The notes: generated by a model not told the origin, from the letters alone. A stretch of 22,639 nucleotides of DNA from Octopus sinensis (GCF_006345805.1 NW_021836949.1:1-22639); one strand, 5' to 3'. Positions 10,996 through 21,345 are shown, counted from the stretch's first letter. Numbers and translations: made by a program.

Positions 10996-11160
10996 TTCAT
11001 AAACAAACGACATACGAGAGTGAATTACAGCGAATATCGAAGCGAATACAGCTATAAATAATAGCAAGTAATATATCGGGTTGAACAATCTAGTGGATGG
11101 GAAAAAATGGCTGATGGCTACCAACGGAATACGAACCTTCTTCCTCTGTCCTCATTTCAG

Positions 11161-11221
11161 ATGTGTTATTTATCACACAGACAAGATTGTCCGTATTTGA
11201 GTAATACAAAGATAAGTTGAG
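11161..11221 (+). other. Candidate 61-nt exon with stop codons in all three frames
   Basis: Acceptor CCTTCTTCCTCTGTCCTCATTTCAG| and donor GAG|GTAGGT. Motif evidence only. Confidence 0.25.
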
Positions 11222-11693
11222 GTAGGTGTGGGGCATTTGCTACCCTCAAATAACCTTTAGCTTCTGTTTCGCCGGATTAGATGTTTTGTTCTTAACAATC
11301 AAGTAAGTAAGACAATTTGAAAATGAAAGAGTTCCGTGAAATTATGAAGTAATTTACAGCATGTTATATATATATTAGCTTTGGGTTTAACATTTTCTAA
11401 TGACACATTGTTTGTGATTCAGAGTTTCCTTTACTATTTTTAGCAGTTCAAGAGTTCTTCTCGATGGATCAAGTTTCATTTATTCTATACGCGTTACCAC
11501 TCCATATTTATTAAAAATTATTTTTATTTCGTTTACTAGATCACTTTAGACTCGCAATATAACGTTCTGATTCTAGGACTGAGATTATAACTAAGAAGTT
11601 AATTCAAAGTTTAGTGTCTGAATCAACCGTCAAATATAATAAAGTTGATTCAATCTCTTAAACATCTGCTCTTCACCACCATTTTTATCAACA

Positions 11694-12058
11694 TTATTAC
11701 CTCTGCCTTAGCGAAGGCGGAGATATTGTTTCAGTCGTGTTTGTTTGTTTGACCTTGGACAAAATATCTCAAGAACCGCTGGATGGATTCGGATGAAACT
11801 TTCAGAGATGTTTTACCTTTTGACAGGCACGAACTGATTAGATTTTGGGATCGATTCTGTCCGGTCAGGACAAGGATTCTGGATTACTTTTCCGGTTCTT
11901 TTACTTAATTTTTAAGAGCAGTCGCGTTCATGTTCTCGATAGTGAGAGCAGTCGAGTTTATTTCAGATATTCTCATTTTAAAAATCATCTCTGACATATC
12001 GCTGAGAGGACGTTGGTGTTGTCTTGGCAGGGGTTTTCGCTCTCTGAGTGCTCTTGTT
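11694..12058 (+). mobile_element. Non-autonomous Helentron/Helitron2-type element (HINE/DINE-1-like architecture)
   Basis: 5' palindrome CTCTGCCTT-AGCG-AAGGCGGAG (11701-11722). Subterminal inverted repeat ACCTCTGCC (11699-11707) / GGCAGGGGT (12026-12034). GTTT microsatellite near the 5' end. Internal 30-bp-period repeat AGAGCAGTCG (11915, 11945). 3' hairpin CGCTC-TCT-GAGTG (12038-12050). T-rich flanks. Confidence 0.8.
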
Positions 12059-12647
12059 ATTATTGCTATTAAGATTTTCATTATCATCATCATTATTATT
12101 ATCCGAACTAACTGCATCCAGTTAGTTTAAATTCTATTATAAAATTTTCTTTGTTTATCTCAAATTTCTACTTAGCCTTTATTTTCTAATTATATTCTTA
12201 GTAAAACAATGATTAATTTTTTTGCTTTGTTTTTGCACGATTCTCACTGTCTTAGATTTTTTAAAGAATTTCCAATAATCTCCGAGATTTATAATTGCCA
12301 GCTTATCGCATTAAAAAAATACAACCTTGTGCTTAATAAGTCTGTGTCAGCTGCTGAGAGCAGCAGCTGCACTTCAATTACTACATCTGTTTCTAATTTG
12401 CATGTTCACCATTTTCAATAATTAATATTTGTCGTATAAATCTTGAAATCAGTAATATTTATCTCTTCAAACATGTTCTTTAGGATTATTCAGATCTGTT
12501 GGCCTATATTTTCAATAGTAACTAATTCAGAACTACCAACGAAATGTTAGGCACTAGATTTGATATATGTAACCTATATAAACTGACAGTAAATACAAAT
12601 GATCTATTCTTAATATTATACTTATATTAAATTATATCATATCATAA

Positions 12648-12862
12648 AGCGGTGAGCTGTCAGAATTTTTAATACGCTGGGCAAAATGCTTAGCGGCTTG
12701 GCATTCACCTTTACGTTATGAGTTCAAATTCGACTGGGGTCGACTTTGCCTTTTATCCTTTTGGTCATTAAAGTAAGTACCAACTGAACACTTGCATCGA
12801 GGTAATCGACTTATCCCCTTCCTGTAATTGCTGGCCTTGTGTCAAAATTTGAAATCAATATT
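12648..12862 (+). mobile_element. SINE family D, near full length
   Basis: B-box GAGTTCAAATTC (12720-12731). The segment GCAAAATGCTTAGCGGC...TTTACGTT.TG.GTTCAAATT recurs in reverse at 22057-22116, and GTCGACTTTGCCTTT is echoed at ~16395-16410. Confidence 0.85.
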
Positions 12863-13051
12863 CCTAATACTGTGATGATCATTTCCTAGTAGTATTAACT
12901 TCTTACCTTCGTAAAGGTGAACACGAAGGAGTGTAATAAATTACTCCGAGTTTTATATTCTGTTTCGAGTCGCATTATTTTCGTCCTTCTTGTTTCATCA
13001 AGTCGTAAAAATTATTTTAACTTGCTAACTTATTTTAAGTTACCAGATCAA

Positions 13052-13064
13052 CCACCAGGGGGCG
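13052..13064 (+). promoter_or_regulatory. CTCF-like motif CCACCAGGGGGCG
   Basis: 13-bp match to the core of the canonical CTCF consensus (CCACCAGGGGGCGC) in unique AT-rich sequence. Binding is not demonstrated. Confidence 0.5.
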
Positions 13065-13307
13065 ATTTAATCGTCTTTGAACAAATGCCAAATGTGTAGC
13101 TTTGTCGATCTGATGAGAAAACTCAATATAAAAATTGATTTGTAACTTTAACACTAAAAGTGATGTCATACCTTCAGGCGCATCCGCCCAAAACGACAAG
13201 AAATATTATTGAAATATTTCTTAACTTAAGATTTCGCAATTTGGATTTCATCTTCGCCAAAAGGCCGAGTCCAATTATTATGAAAGGCATCAAATATTGA
13301 TTCACTG

Positions 13308-13466
13308 TACTCTTTTACTCTTTTACTTGTTTCAGTCATTTGACTGTGGCCATGATGGAGCACCGCCTTCTAGTCGAGCAAATCAACCCCAGGACTTATT
13401 CCTTGTAAACCTAGTACTTATGCTATCGGTTCTTTTGCCGAACCGCTAAGTTACGGGGACGTAAAC
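13308..13466 (-). mobile_element. 5'-truncated, little-diverged 3' portion of SINE family A with an (AAAAGAGTA)n tail
   Basis: The plus strand reads TACTCTTTTACTCTTTTACTTGTTTCAGTCATTTGACTGTGGCCATG...CCGAACCGCTAAGTTACGGGGACGTAAAC, the reverse complement of the 8175-8338 type sequence. Confidence 0.92.
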
Positions 13467-13570
13467 TATCTTAGTCTTTTTTGTTGTGAATTCTCCCTAT
13501 ATAATATATATATAAATGTGTGTGTGCGTGTGTGTGCGTGTGTGCGCGTGTGTGTGCGTGTGTATGTATG

Positions 13571-13605
<35 letters not shown>

Positions 13606-13742
13606 ATATAGTCAAAAGTATTGAAAAGGTTGCAAGACGCAACGAAAATTTTAGGACATAAAATAAGAAAAACGTGGAAATATTACCGGTGAGTTGTTAC
13701 ATAATAAGCCACAAAAAGAGAATGACTCTCCTCTCCAACAGA

Positions 13743-13773
<31 letters not shown>

Positions 13774-13783
13774 GATATAATAT

Positions 13784-13807
13784 ACATTTCTAGTGTACTA
13801 GAAATGT
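13784..13807. repeat. Perfect 11-bp inverted repeat with 2-nt spacer
   Basis: ACATTTCTAGT-GT-ACTAGAAATGT. Confidence 0.9.
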
Positions 13808-14287
13808 TTCTAAATTTGATCTTGCCCAAGAAAAACACATAGTATATGACCATTATGATCCGATGAATGGGTGGTATAATCTTGAAACTCATACCGTCTA
13901 ACACAAGGAATGGTGATAATATACCCGTGTGTAACGAAATAAGTCTTTCACTCACATATACACAAAGACATATATATTGACTCGTACGAATGTATGCACA
14001 CTAACTCGGAGTGTCTTCAGTCTACTGCACAAATCCTAATATACTCATAAGGGACATCATTAAAGTTTAACTAGATACGCAATCGAAATACTGACGGCCA
14101 CTCTTTGGCATACTTCATATCGTACATAACTTTTTAACTTAACCCTCTCTCTGGAGAAAAATTTAATAAAGGAACTACCATGCGATCATTTAAATATAGT
14201 AATTAAAATAGAATGATAATAGTAATAAAAGCAATAATATTAACAATGGTAAAATTCGCGTAAATACAAATTACGTATTAGACACCA

Positions 14288-14609
14288 CGATGGCGCATGA
14301 CTCAGTGGTTAGAGTGCCAGTCTCACAATCAAGAGGTACTGAGTTCGATCCCGGACAAGGCTGCATGTTGCTGTTCTTGAGCAAGACACTGTATTTCACT
14401 TTGCTCCAGTTCACTCCATTATAGAAACGAGTTGTGATGTTACTGGTGCCAAGCTGTATCGGCCTTTGCTTTTCCCTAGCATAACATCGGTAGCATGGAG
14501 AGGGGAGGGTGCTAGTACCATAAAAAAACCTTGCCCAGACTTGTGCCTTGGAGGGGAACCTTCTAGGTGCAATCCTATGATTATTCATGACCGAAGGGGG
14601 TCTTTACTC
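14288..14609 (+). mobile_element. Full-length SINE family B flanked by an 11-bp target-site duplication
   Basis: TSD ATTAGACACCA at 14277-14287 and 14610-14620. A-box-like TGACTCAGTGGTT (14298-14310), B-box GAGTTCGATCCC (14341-14352), body similar to 10772-10995. Confidence 0.93.
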
Positions 14610-14687
14610 ATTAGACACCATGGATATAAACCCTACCATAGCTAAATCCTTAAACGTGACGCTAAATCTAACCGACTTCTTACATAG

Positions 14688-14738
14688 AACAGGAATCTTG
14701 GTTGTTGGATTTGCTGAATCACAGAATTATTAAGACAG
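14688..14738 (+). other. Candidate 51-nt exon, open in one frame (QESWLLDLLNHRIIKT)
   Basis: Branch-point-like CTAAC about 15 nt upstream, acceptor CTTCTTACATAG| and donor CAG|GTATGA. The pyrimidine tract is short. Motif evidence only. Confidence 0.25.
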
Positions 14739-16365
14739 GTATGATGCTTTGCACTAAATCATTTGGCTATTTAAGTTCTCAGCTCAATTATATTTACATT
14801 CCTGCAGGTGTACATTACCTACTGTCCGCCGTTCCAATTAAGTCACAAAAGCTGTAGCAGGCAGAGAAGGATTCTGCCCTCTGCTTCCTTAGCTGGACGA
14901 AGAGGATAGTGAACCATTGCTGAATCTTAATTCTGCCGGCGTCCACTGAATCCATGTATATCTTTTAGAAAAGGTGAAATAAGTGCGCGTCAAGTACTGC
15001 TCCAAATTCAAATGACCAACTACCCCTCCTCACCAACTCTATTGTCTTGTTCTTAGAAATTCATGTTGCAATTGTTGTTACGGTTAGTCGGCTGTAGTCA
15101 ACAGAGATTCTTTATAACGCCAATAATACTTAGCTTCCAAAACGTAACGGAATATATGAAACTTAATGTAGTACCTCTCAAAAGGAATGGAATTCACTTC
15201 AGTCTCGTTTTAATGATCTTCACGTATATGAGTGATGCATGCAAGTGTGTTCTAGGTTGTAGGCCACAGTTTTGTGCCTGAAATATTGCATAGTGGGCAC
15301 ATGCTTGAAAGAAGAGGGTTTTAGGCCAAATGACCTTTAATTTCTCTATTTGCATATTTTGAACACTTTTTATGTAGCTCAACATGAACAATACTCGGAA
15401 TTCATAAAGAATGAACAATTATTAGTGAATAAAAACATTCGTGTAGCAGCTGGAAATGATCACCATCATTTTCAAGCAATTTATTCCAAATATAGTTAAT
15501 TCAAATAATATTATGTCTTTTAGATATTAATAAACTCTAGAAAAGCTGGATGTTGCAACTAATTCTTCATACTTCTGCTTGAATACTTGCGCCTTCTCTT
15601 TCTTGTATTATATTTTCTTTAGTCAACTTACTACGTTTATTATTTCTGGCTTGCTGGTGGTTGGTTATGTCTCTCACTCTCTTCCATACAATAAATCTGC
15701 AAGCTATGTATATAACTGTCAGATCCACTTTCATTTATCATACATTCTTTTTATCATACATTCACTTCCACCGCTCTCGGTACACCCAATGCTTTCCCCT
15801 TCCACATTTTTATACAGTGACAGAACTAGGGAAACAACAAATAGAAGAAAGAAACATGTGACTTAGTATTTTTATATTATATTTCCATGAAGAAAAAAAA
15901 AAGAATATTTTTTTTCCTTTTGATATTTCAATAAATGGACGAATTAAAATATTGTTTCATTTTCCCAGTAACCTTATCTTATTTTTAAATTGTTATTTGA
16001 TGACATATTTCGAAACTTATTTTATTAATTAATTATATACTCAACAATTAATTACACTTTTGATGTTGCGCTGGTAGTATTTATTTTTTGTAAGCATTTA
16101 ATCAAATTCATCGTCGTCAGTCAGCAACACCATAACCACTAACTTCATAGACATCATTATCGTCGTGTTTCTTCTATAGTTGTATTTGCTTGTTACTCTG
16201 ATGTTTGTGTCAGTTCTATCCAGCCTCTCCGCTTCTCTCTCTCTGTCTCACTCACACACCCAGACACAACCATCAAAAGTATGAGTTGTTTGACACGTAC
16301 AAACTGTGCACAGAAACCGGCTAATGAATACAAGACACCAGAAACAGTATAATTTAGTTATGGCC

Positions 16366-16432
16366 TTTTAACTCTTTAGTTCAAATCTCGTCGCGGTCAA
16401 CTTTGTCTTTAATCATTCCAGCTTCGATAGAA
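16366..16432 (+). mobile_element. Short fragment of SINE family D
   Basis: TTTAGTTCAAATCTCGTCGCGGTCAACTTTGTCTTTAATC resembles ATGAGTTCAAATTCGACTGGGGTCGACTTTGCCTTTTATC at 12718-12757. Confidence 0.7.
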
Positions 16433-16729
16433 AAAAAAATCATCTATATAGCATCGTTGTTATGAATACACTTATACTATAAAATTAGGGGCATCATCTG
16501 CAAATATACAACACACTGCCGGGACAACGAGAGGATATCTGAGAGGAAACTGCATTTCCGAAAAATAGTAGTCTAATCTCTATCAGATCACATCCAACTG
16601 CTTTCGAAAATATCAGGTTGGATTATTTAGTCCTGGGTAATTTGAGGACGAGGAAAATGGCAGTAAGGTGAACTGTTGAATGGTTTTTAATAGGTGGGCA
16701 GTATCAGTTGGAACTATATGCCTTTTATT

Positions 16730-16974
16730 TTTATGTATTTTACTTGTTTCAAACATAAGATTGCGGTCATGTTGGGGCACCGCCATGAAGGATTTTTATT
16801 TGAATGGAGCCCGGTTTATAATTCTATTTTAAGCCCGGTAATTATTCTATCGGTTTCTTTTGCCGAATCGCTAGCTTACAGGGTTGTAAACACACCAACA
16901 CCAGTTTACAAGCAGTGGTAGTAGACAAACATTGACACAAGAACACACACGAATATATATATATATATATATAA

Positions 16975-17012
<38 letters not shown>

Positions 17013-17084
17013 AAAATAAGCAACAAGCTGAAATTATATATATATATATATATATATATTATAGATATATATATATATATATAT

Positions 17085-17129
<45 letters not shown>

Positions 17130-17278
17130 GGCTTCTTTCATTTTCCATCTACCAAATCCACTCACTAGGCTTTGGTCGGCCCGAGGCAATAGTAGAAGAC
17201 ACTAACCGAAGGTAAGTGGGACTCAACCCGGAACGATGTGTTTGGGAAGCAATCTCTTCATCACATAGTCGCGCCTGT
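16730..17278 (-). mobile_element. Full-length SINE family A with internal (TA)n+(GA)n microsatellite (~16953-17126)
   Basis: The head in reverse (AAATCCACTCACTAGGCTTTGGTCGGCCCGAGGCAATAGTAGAAGACAC...GGGACTCAACCCGGAAC) matches 7870-8010. The 3' half (~16735-16930) matches 13308-13466. Confidence 0.9.
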
Positions 17279-17701
17279 TCCCATAGCATTATGATCACAT
17301 GTCTCATCATCACACACGCCATCACAATTTAGATTACAACGAGTTAAAGAGAAAAGTTCTATGTGGTCTAGATACATGTTAGAAATAGAAGCTATAGCTA
17401 TATCTCCTACAAATCGCACTCCGCTCCCTAAGAAAAGAACACATTAAACACACGTATATGTCTGCTGGGTGCCGTACACATTGCCATCCACTCCTCTTAC
17501 TGATTAAAACATCCTGGACCCTTCAATTTGATCGGGATCAAGATAGCCCGTGGTAGTAGTAGTAGTAGAAGATTGTTGTAGTTAGAGTAGTAGTTGTTGA
17601 TGTTTAGATTTAAGTCAGCAGACATTTGCAGATAGGCGTTCAAGTTGCGACCATTACGTTTTATAAGTAAATTTTATTTTTATTTTCGTATTCTTTTGCA
17701 G

Positions 17702-17730
17702 GGAGCGTGAATTCTCGATCATATTCTCAT
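17702..17730 (+). other. Candidate 29-nt small exon
   Basis: Long AG-free tract AATTTTATTTTTATTTTCGTATTCTTTTGCAG|, exon GGAGCGTGAATTCTCGATCATATTCTCAT, donor |GTGAGT. Two frames are open (SVNSRSYSH or EREFSIIFS). Confidence 0.4.
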
Positions 17731-18961
17731 GTGAGTCTTTTTCTTCCATTAAAACGGAATGCATTCATTTGAGGAAGACTTAGCTGTTTTCTTTTCTATC
17801 CGGACAACGGACCGCATAAAGGCTTCGGCATTATCTCACCAAATTACAAAATTTTCTGTATAAGAGACTGGGAAAATGGCTTGTAGTAATCATCACCAAA
17901 CCGAAGCACCAATCTCTTGGAAACACATTTCGATGTATAAAGCAGTTAAAAAAAAAAGAAATCACTTCTTATTTACCGATTCCATTCAGTCCAATTTTTG
18001 CTGATTCTTATTTTTTGCATTTTATCTATTATTTGTAATTCTTTCTCCAGTTTGTGTGTTTTGTTTTTTTGTGTTTTCCGATTAAACGTTCATTCTGTTT
18101 TTTTCATTCCTTCATTCTGTTCTTCTTTCTTTCTGCTTTCCTTCATTCCTTTCTTTCTTTCTTTTTTACTTTCTATGTAACTGTTTTCCTATGTGTTTCT
18201 ATTGTTATTAGATTCATTCTTTTCTATCTCCCCTTGTATCCACCGTTCGTTTTAGAATGAATATATATATATATATATATATATATAATAATATATTATA
18301 TATAGCCCCCTGGGGTAGTAAAGAAATATATATATATATATATATATCAATATATATAATATGCATACATGCATGCATGCATGGCGTGCATGCATGTATG
18401 TGTGCATGTGTATTTGTGTATGTAAGGATGTATGTATATATATGTATGTCATTCTAATACCTTGCATTCACCCATTTACCTCCGCCGTTTCAGTGAAACT
18501 CTCTCAGCTTCCTTTCAGTTTTATGCCCTCCGTATTTTTACTTTCAATTTCAATACAAAAATAAATAAATAAATAAAATAAAATCAAACAAAAAAAAAGG
18601 AAACATTTATTTATTCACCCTATAGTTTTTACCATTTTTCCTTTCATTTATTCGTCTCTTAGCTATCCATTTCCCGTCGGTTCTCACACCATATAATCTT
18701 TCTCCTTATCACCTCTCTCTCTCTCTCTCTCTCCCCTCTTTCTTTCTCCCTCTCTCTTATACACTCACAGAGTTTTGTTAATTTCAAAACAAAAGGCAAA
18801 TACAGTTTGATTATATAACACATGAAACGGTAAGTGGCGAAGATACATGCACATACTCTCACAAACAAATGTGTTCATATATGTTTATATTCCCACACGT
18901 ACATATATACATACGCAGACATGGCATATGTACATGCACACGCACACACACACACACACAC

Positions 18962-19006
<45 letters not shown>

Positions 19007-19304
19007 ATGCATGTGATATATATTTAAGAATATATACATAATGCAAATATAATATACATATATATATATACGTGTTGATGTCTATGTATGAATACATACG
19101 TACAAATATATACACAAATATATATGTGTGTGTATGTGTGTAAATATATATATTATATATATATAAAGGAGTACCTTCTCCCGGTCATTACGACTTTGAA
19201 TTTCTCGCCTTGCTAGTCTTCAGGTCGCACACACCCAAACACACGACAAACATGCACACACAATATGCACAATAAACGCAAGCAATATACATAAGTTTAA
19301 ATAT

Positions 19305-19420
19305 ATATGTATATATATATGTGTGTGTGTGTGTCTGAGTGTGTGTGTTTGTTTGCGTGTATATGAGTAATATATATATATTTACATATATATACATACA
19401 TACACACACATATACATATG

Positions 19421-19466
<46 letters not shown>

Positions 19467-19553
19467 GTCTGAGTGTGTGTGTTTGTTTGCGTGTATATGA
19501 GTAATATAAATTATTTACATATATATACATACATACACACACATATACATATG

Positions 19554-19585
<32 letters not shown>

Positions 19586-19600
19586 ATATGTGTGTGTGTG
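19305..19600. repeat. Tandem duplication of a ~134-bp compound-microsatellite unit (2 copies plus a partial third)
   Basis: The anchor GTCTGAGTGTGTGTGTTTGTTTGCGTGTATATGAGTAATAT starts at 19333 and again at 19467. The peptide [16 protein letters not shown] repeats in the ORF track. Confidence 0.92.
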
Positions 19601-20434
19601 TGTATATATATATGTATGTATATATGTTAGTGTTTGCGTGTATCTGTTTGTGTGTATGGCTTCTCTCTGCTTCAACGTGTATTGCCTAAGTCTTAGCAAC
19701 TAATGGAATACTTAACGTTACATTTCCATGCTAAATAAGAAACAATTCCAATTATATTTTCCTCTCTAAATTCAATCTTTGATTTTCATACCATTTTTAT
19801 TTATTTGTTTGTCTACATTTTTATTTATCTATTTATGTTTTCTTTCTCTTTCCTTCTTTCTTTCTATTATTTCTTTACAATTCTTTTTCATTTTTTTTTA
19901 TATACTTTCGTAAATTTTTATATATTTTATGTTTTACTGTTATTTTTTCTTCATTTTCTTTTGTTTTAGTCATTTGTTTTAGACATTTCCACATGCTTTT
20001 CTAAATTTTCTTTCCTTGTATTTGTTAAATTTTCTTTCAATCTTTTTTGTTATTTGTGTATTTCTAGTTACCATTTTATTTATGTTAATTACTTCTTTTT
20101 CTTTTTCTTTCTTGTTTCTTTTTTGGTTTTTATCCTTCTTCTATTGGTTTGTGTGTAGTTGTTGTTTTTTTTATTCTTCTTCATTTCAGACAATCTCTTT
20201 GGAAACAGTATTTATATATTTGTTTATTGATTGATTTATTGACGTGTGTGTTTGTTTGTTTGTTTGTTTGTTTATCCATTTATTCATTGTGTTGCAACGG
20301 AGTTGAGTCGACTGTAGTGAAATGGAAGCAAGAGAGAACGACACGGAAGTAGAAAATGAGCGGAAGAGAGAGAGAGAGAGAGAGGGAAGACAGACTGAGA
20401 CAATAACGAATAGACAGAAAGTATCATATATATA

Positions 20435-20472
<38 letters not shown>

Positions 20473-20594
20473 CATACACATATGCATACATACATACATA
20501 GATACATAGATACATACATACATACATACATGCATGCATACATATATATATATATGTGTATGCGTGAGAGAGAGGAGATACGAAGTGAGATAAA

Positions 20595-20605
20595 CAAGAT
20601 GGCGG
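20595..20605 (+). promoter_or_regulatory. YY1/Pho-like motif CAAGATGGCGG
   Basis: 11 of 12 bases of the canonical CAAGATGGCGGC consensus. Binding is not demonstrated. Confidence 0.35.
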
Positions 20606-20715
20606 ATTTGAAAGACTAAATGCATCTAAAACCTAACAAAGCTTCAAATGGTAGTTGATGCAAAAACAAATACACCAGGACGAAAAACGAAATTACAAAG
20701 TAGTATTAATGGTGA

Positions 20716-20748
<33 letters not shown>

Positions 20749-20779
20749 CAGTAGCAGTAGTAGTAGTAGTAGTAGTAGT
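20716..20779. repeat. (TAG)n microsatellite with two CAG interruptions
   Basis: Direct reading. It produces the poly-Val ORF 20655..20870. Confidence 0.95.
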
Positions 20780-21129
20780 GGTGATTACTGAATTATACAA
20801 TTTTTCTAAAGTCAGTTGCTGTTGTTTTGTTTTCTCTCTTCTCCAGCTTTTGTCATTCTTCTCTCATTGATGTTGTTGTCAATTATATTAAAGGCCTTGT
20901 TGTTGATGTTGTTGTTGTTGTTTCTCTTATTAAATAATGTTGTCATTGTTATATTAATGTAACTACTGCTGCTGCTACTGCTGCTGCTGTTATTGTTGCT
21001 GACGTCAATTTGTTGTCTGATTATAGAGTAAGATGTCAACAATTATCAGAGACAAATGCTGTTTTGCATGTTTTACAGGCTCTGCTTGCGTGTTTCTGTG
21101 CTGATGTGTGTGCATAGAAGAATTATATA

Positions 21130-21170
21130 CGCACACACACACACACACACACACGCACACACACACACAC

Positions 21171-21209
<39 letters not shown>

Positions 21210-21215
21210 CACACA
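21130..21215. repeat. (CA)n microsatellite with CG interruptions
   Basis: Direct reading. Confidence 0.95.
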
Positions 21216-21345
21216 AAAATGCGTGTGTATATCCTTCCATGTGTTTTCGAACACTTGTACATCCATGATTATAGCTGCGTCTGTATTAGTGCGTGCATTC
21301 ATGTGATCGCTGGTGTATATGTATGTATGCGTCTAATAATGCACA

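Noticed and set aside
12130-12600. Minus-strand degenerate coding-like sequence (LETDVVIEVQLLLSAADTDLL...)
   Set aside because: It has multiple stops and frame changes and no recognisable domain. It may be an old TE remnant, but this is unsupported.
14851-14895. Stem-loop GGCAGA-GAAGGAT-TCTGCC in a GC-richer patch
   Set aside because: The stem is too short for a pre-miRNA and lacks SECIS or other ncRNA hallmarks.
17340-17635. Fragments reminiscent of another dispersed octopod repeat
   Set aside because: The resemblance is from memory only. There is no second copy in the window and no structural hallmark to support a call.
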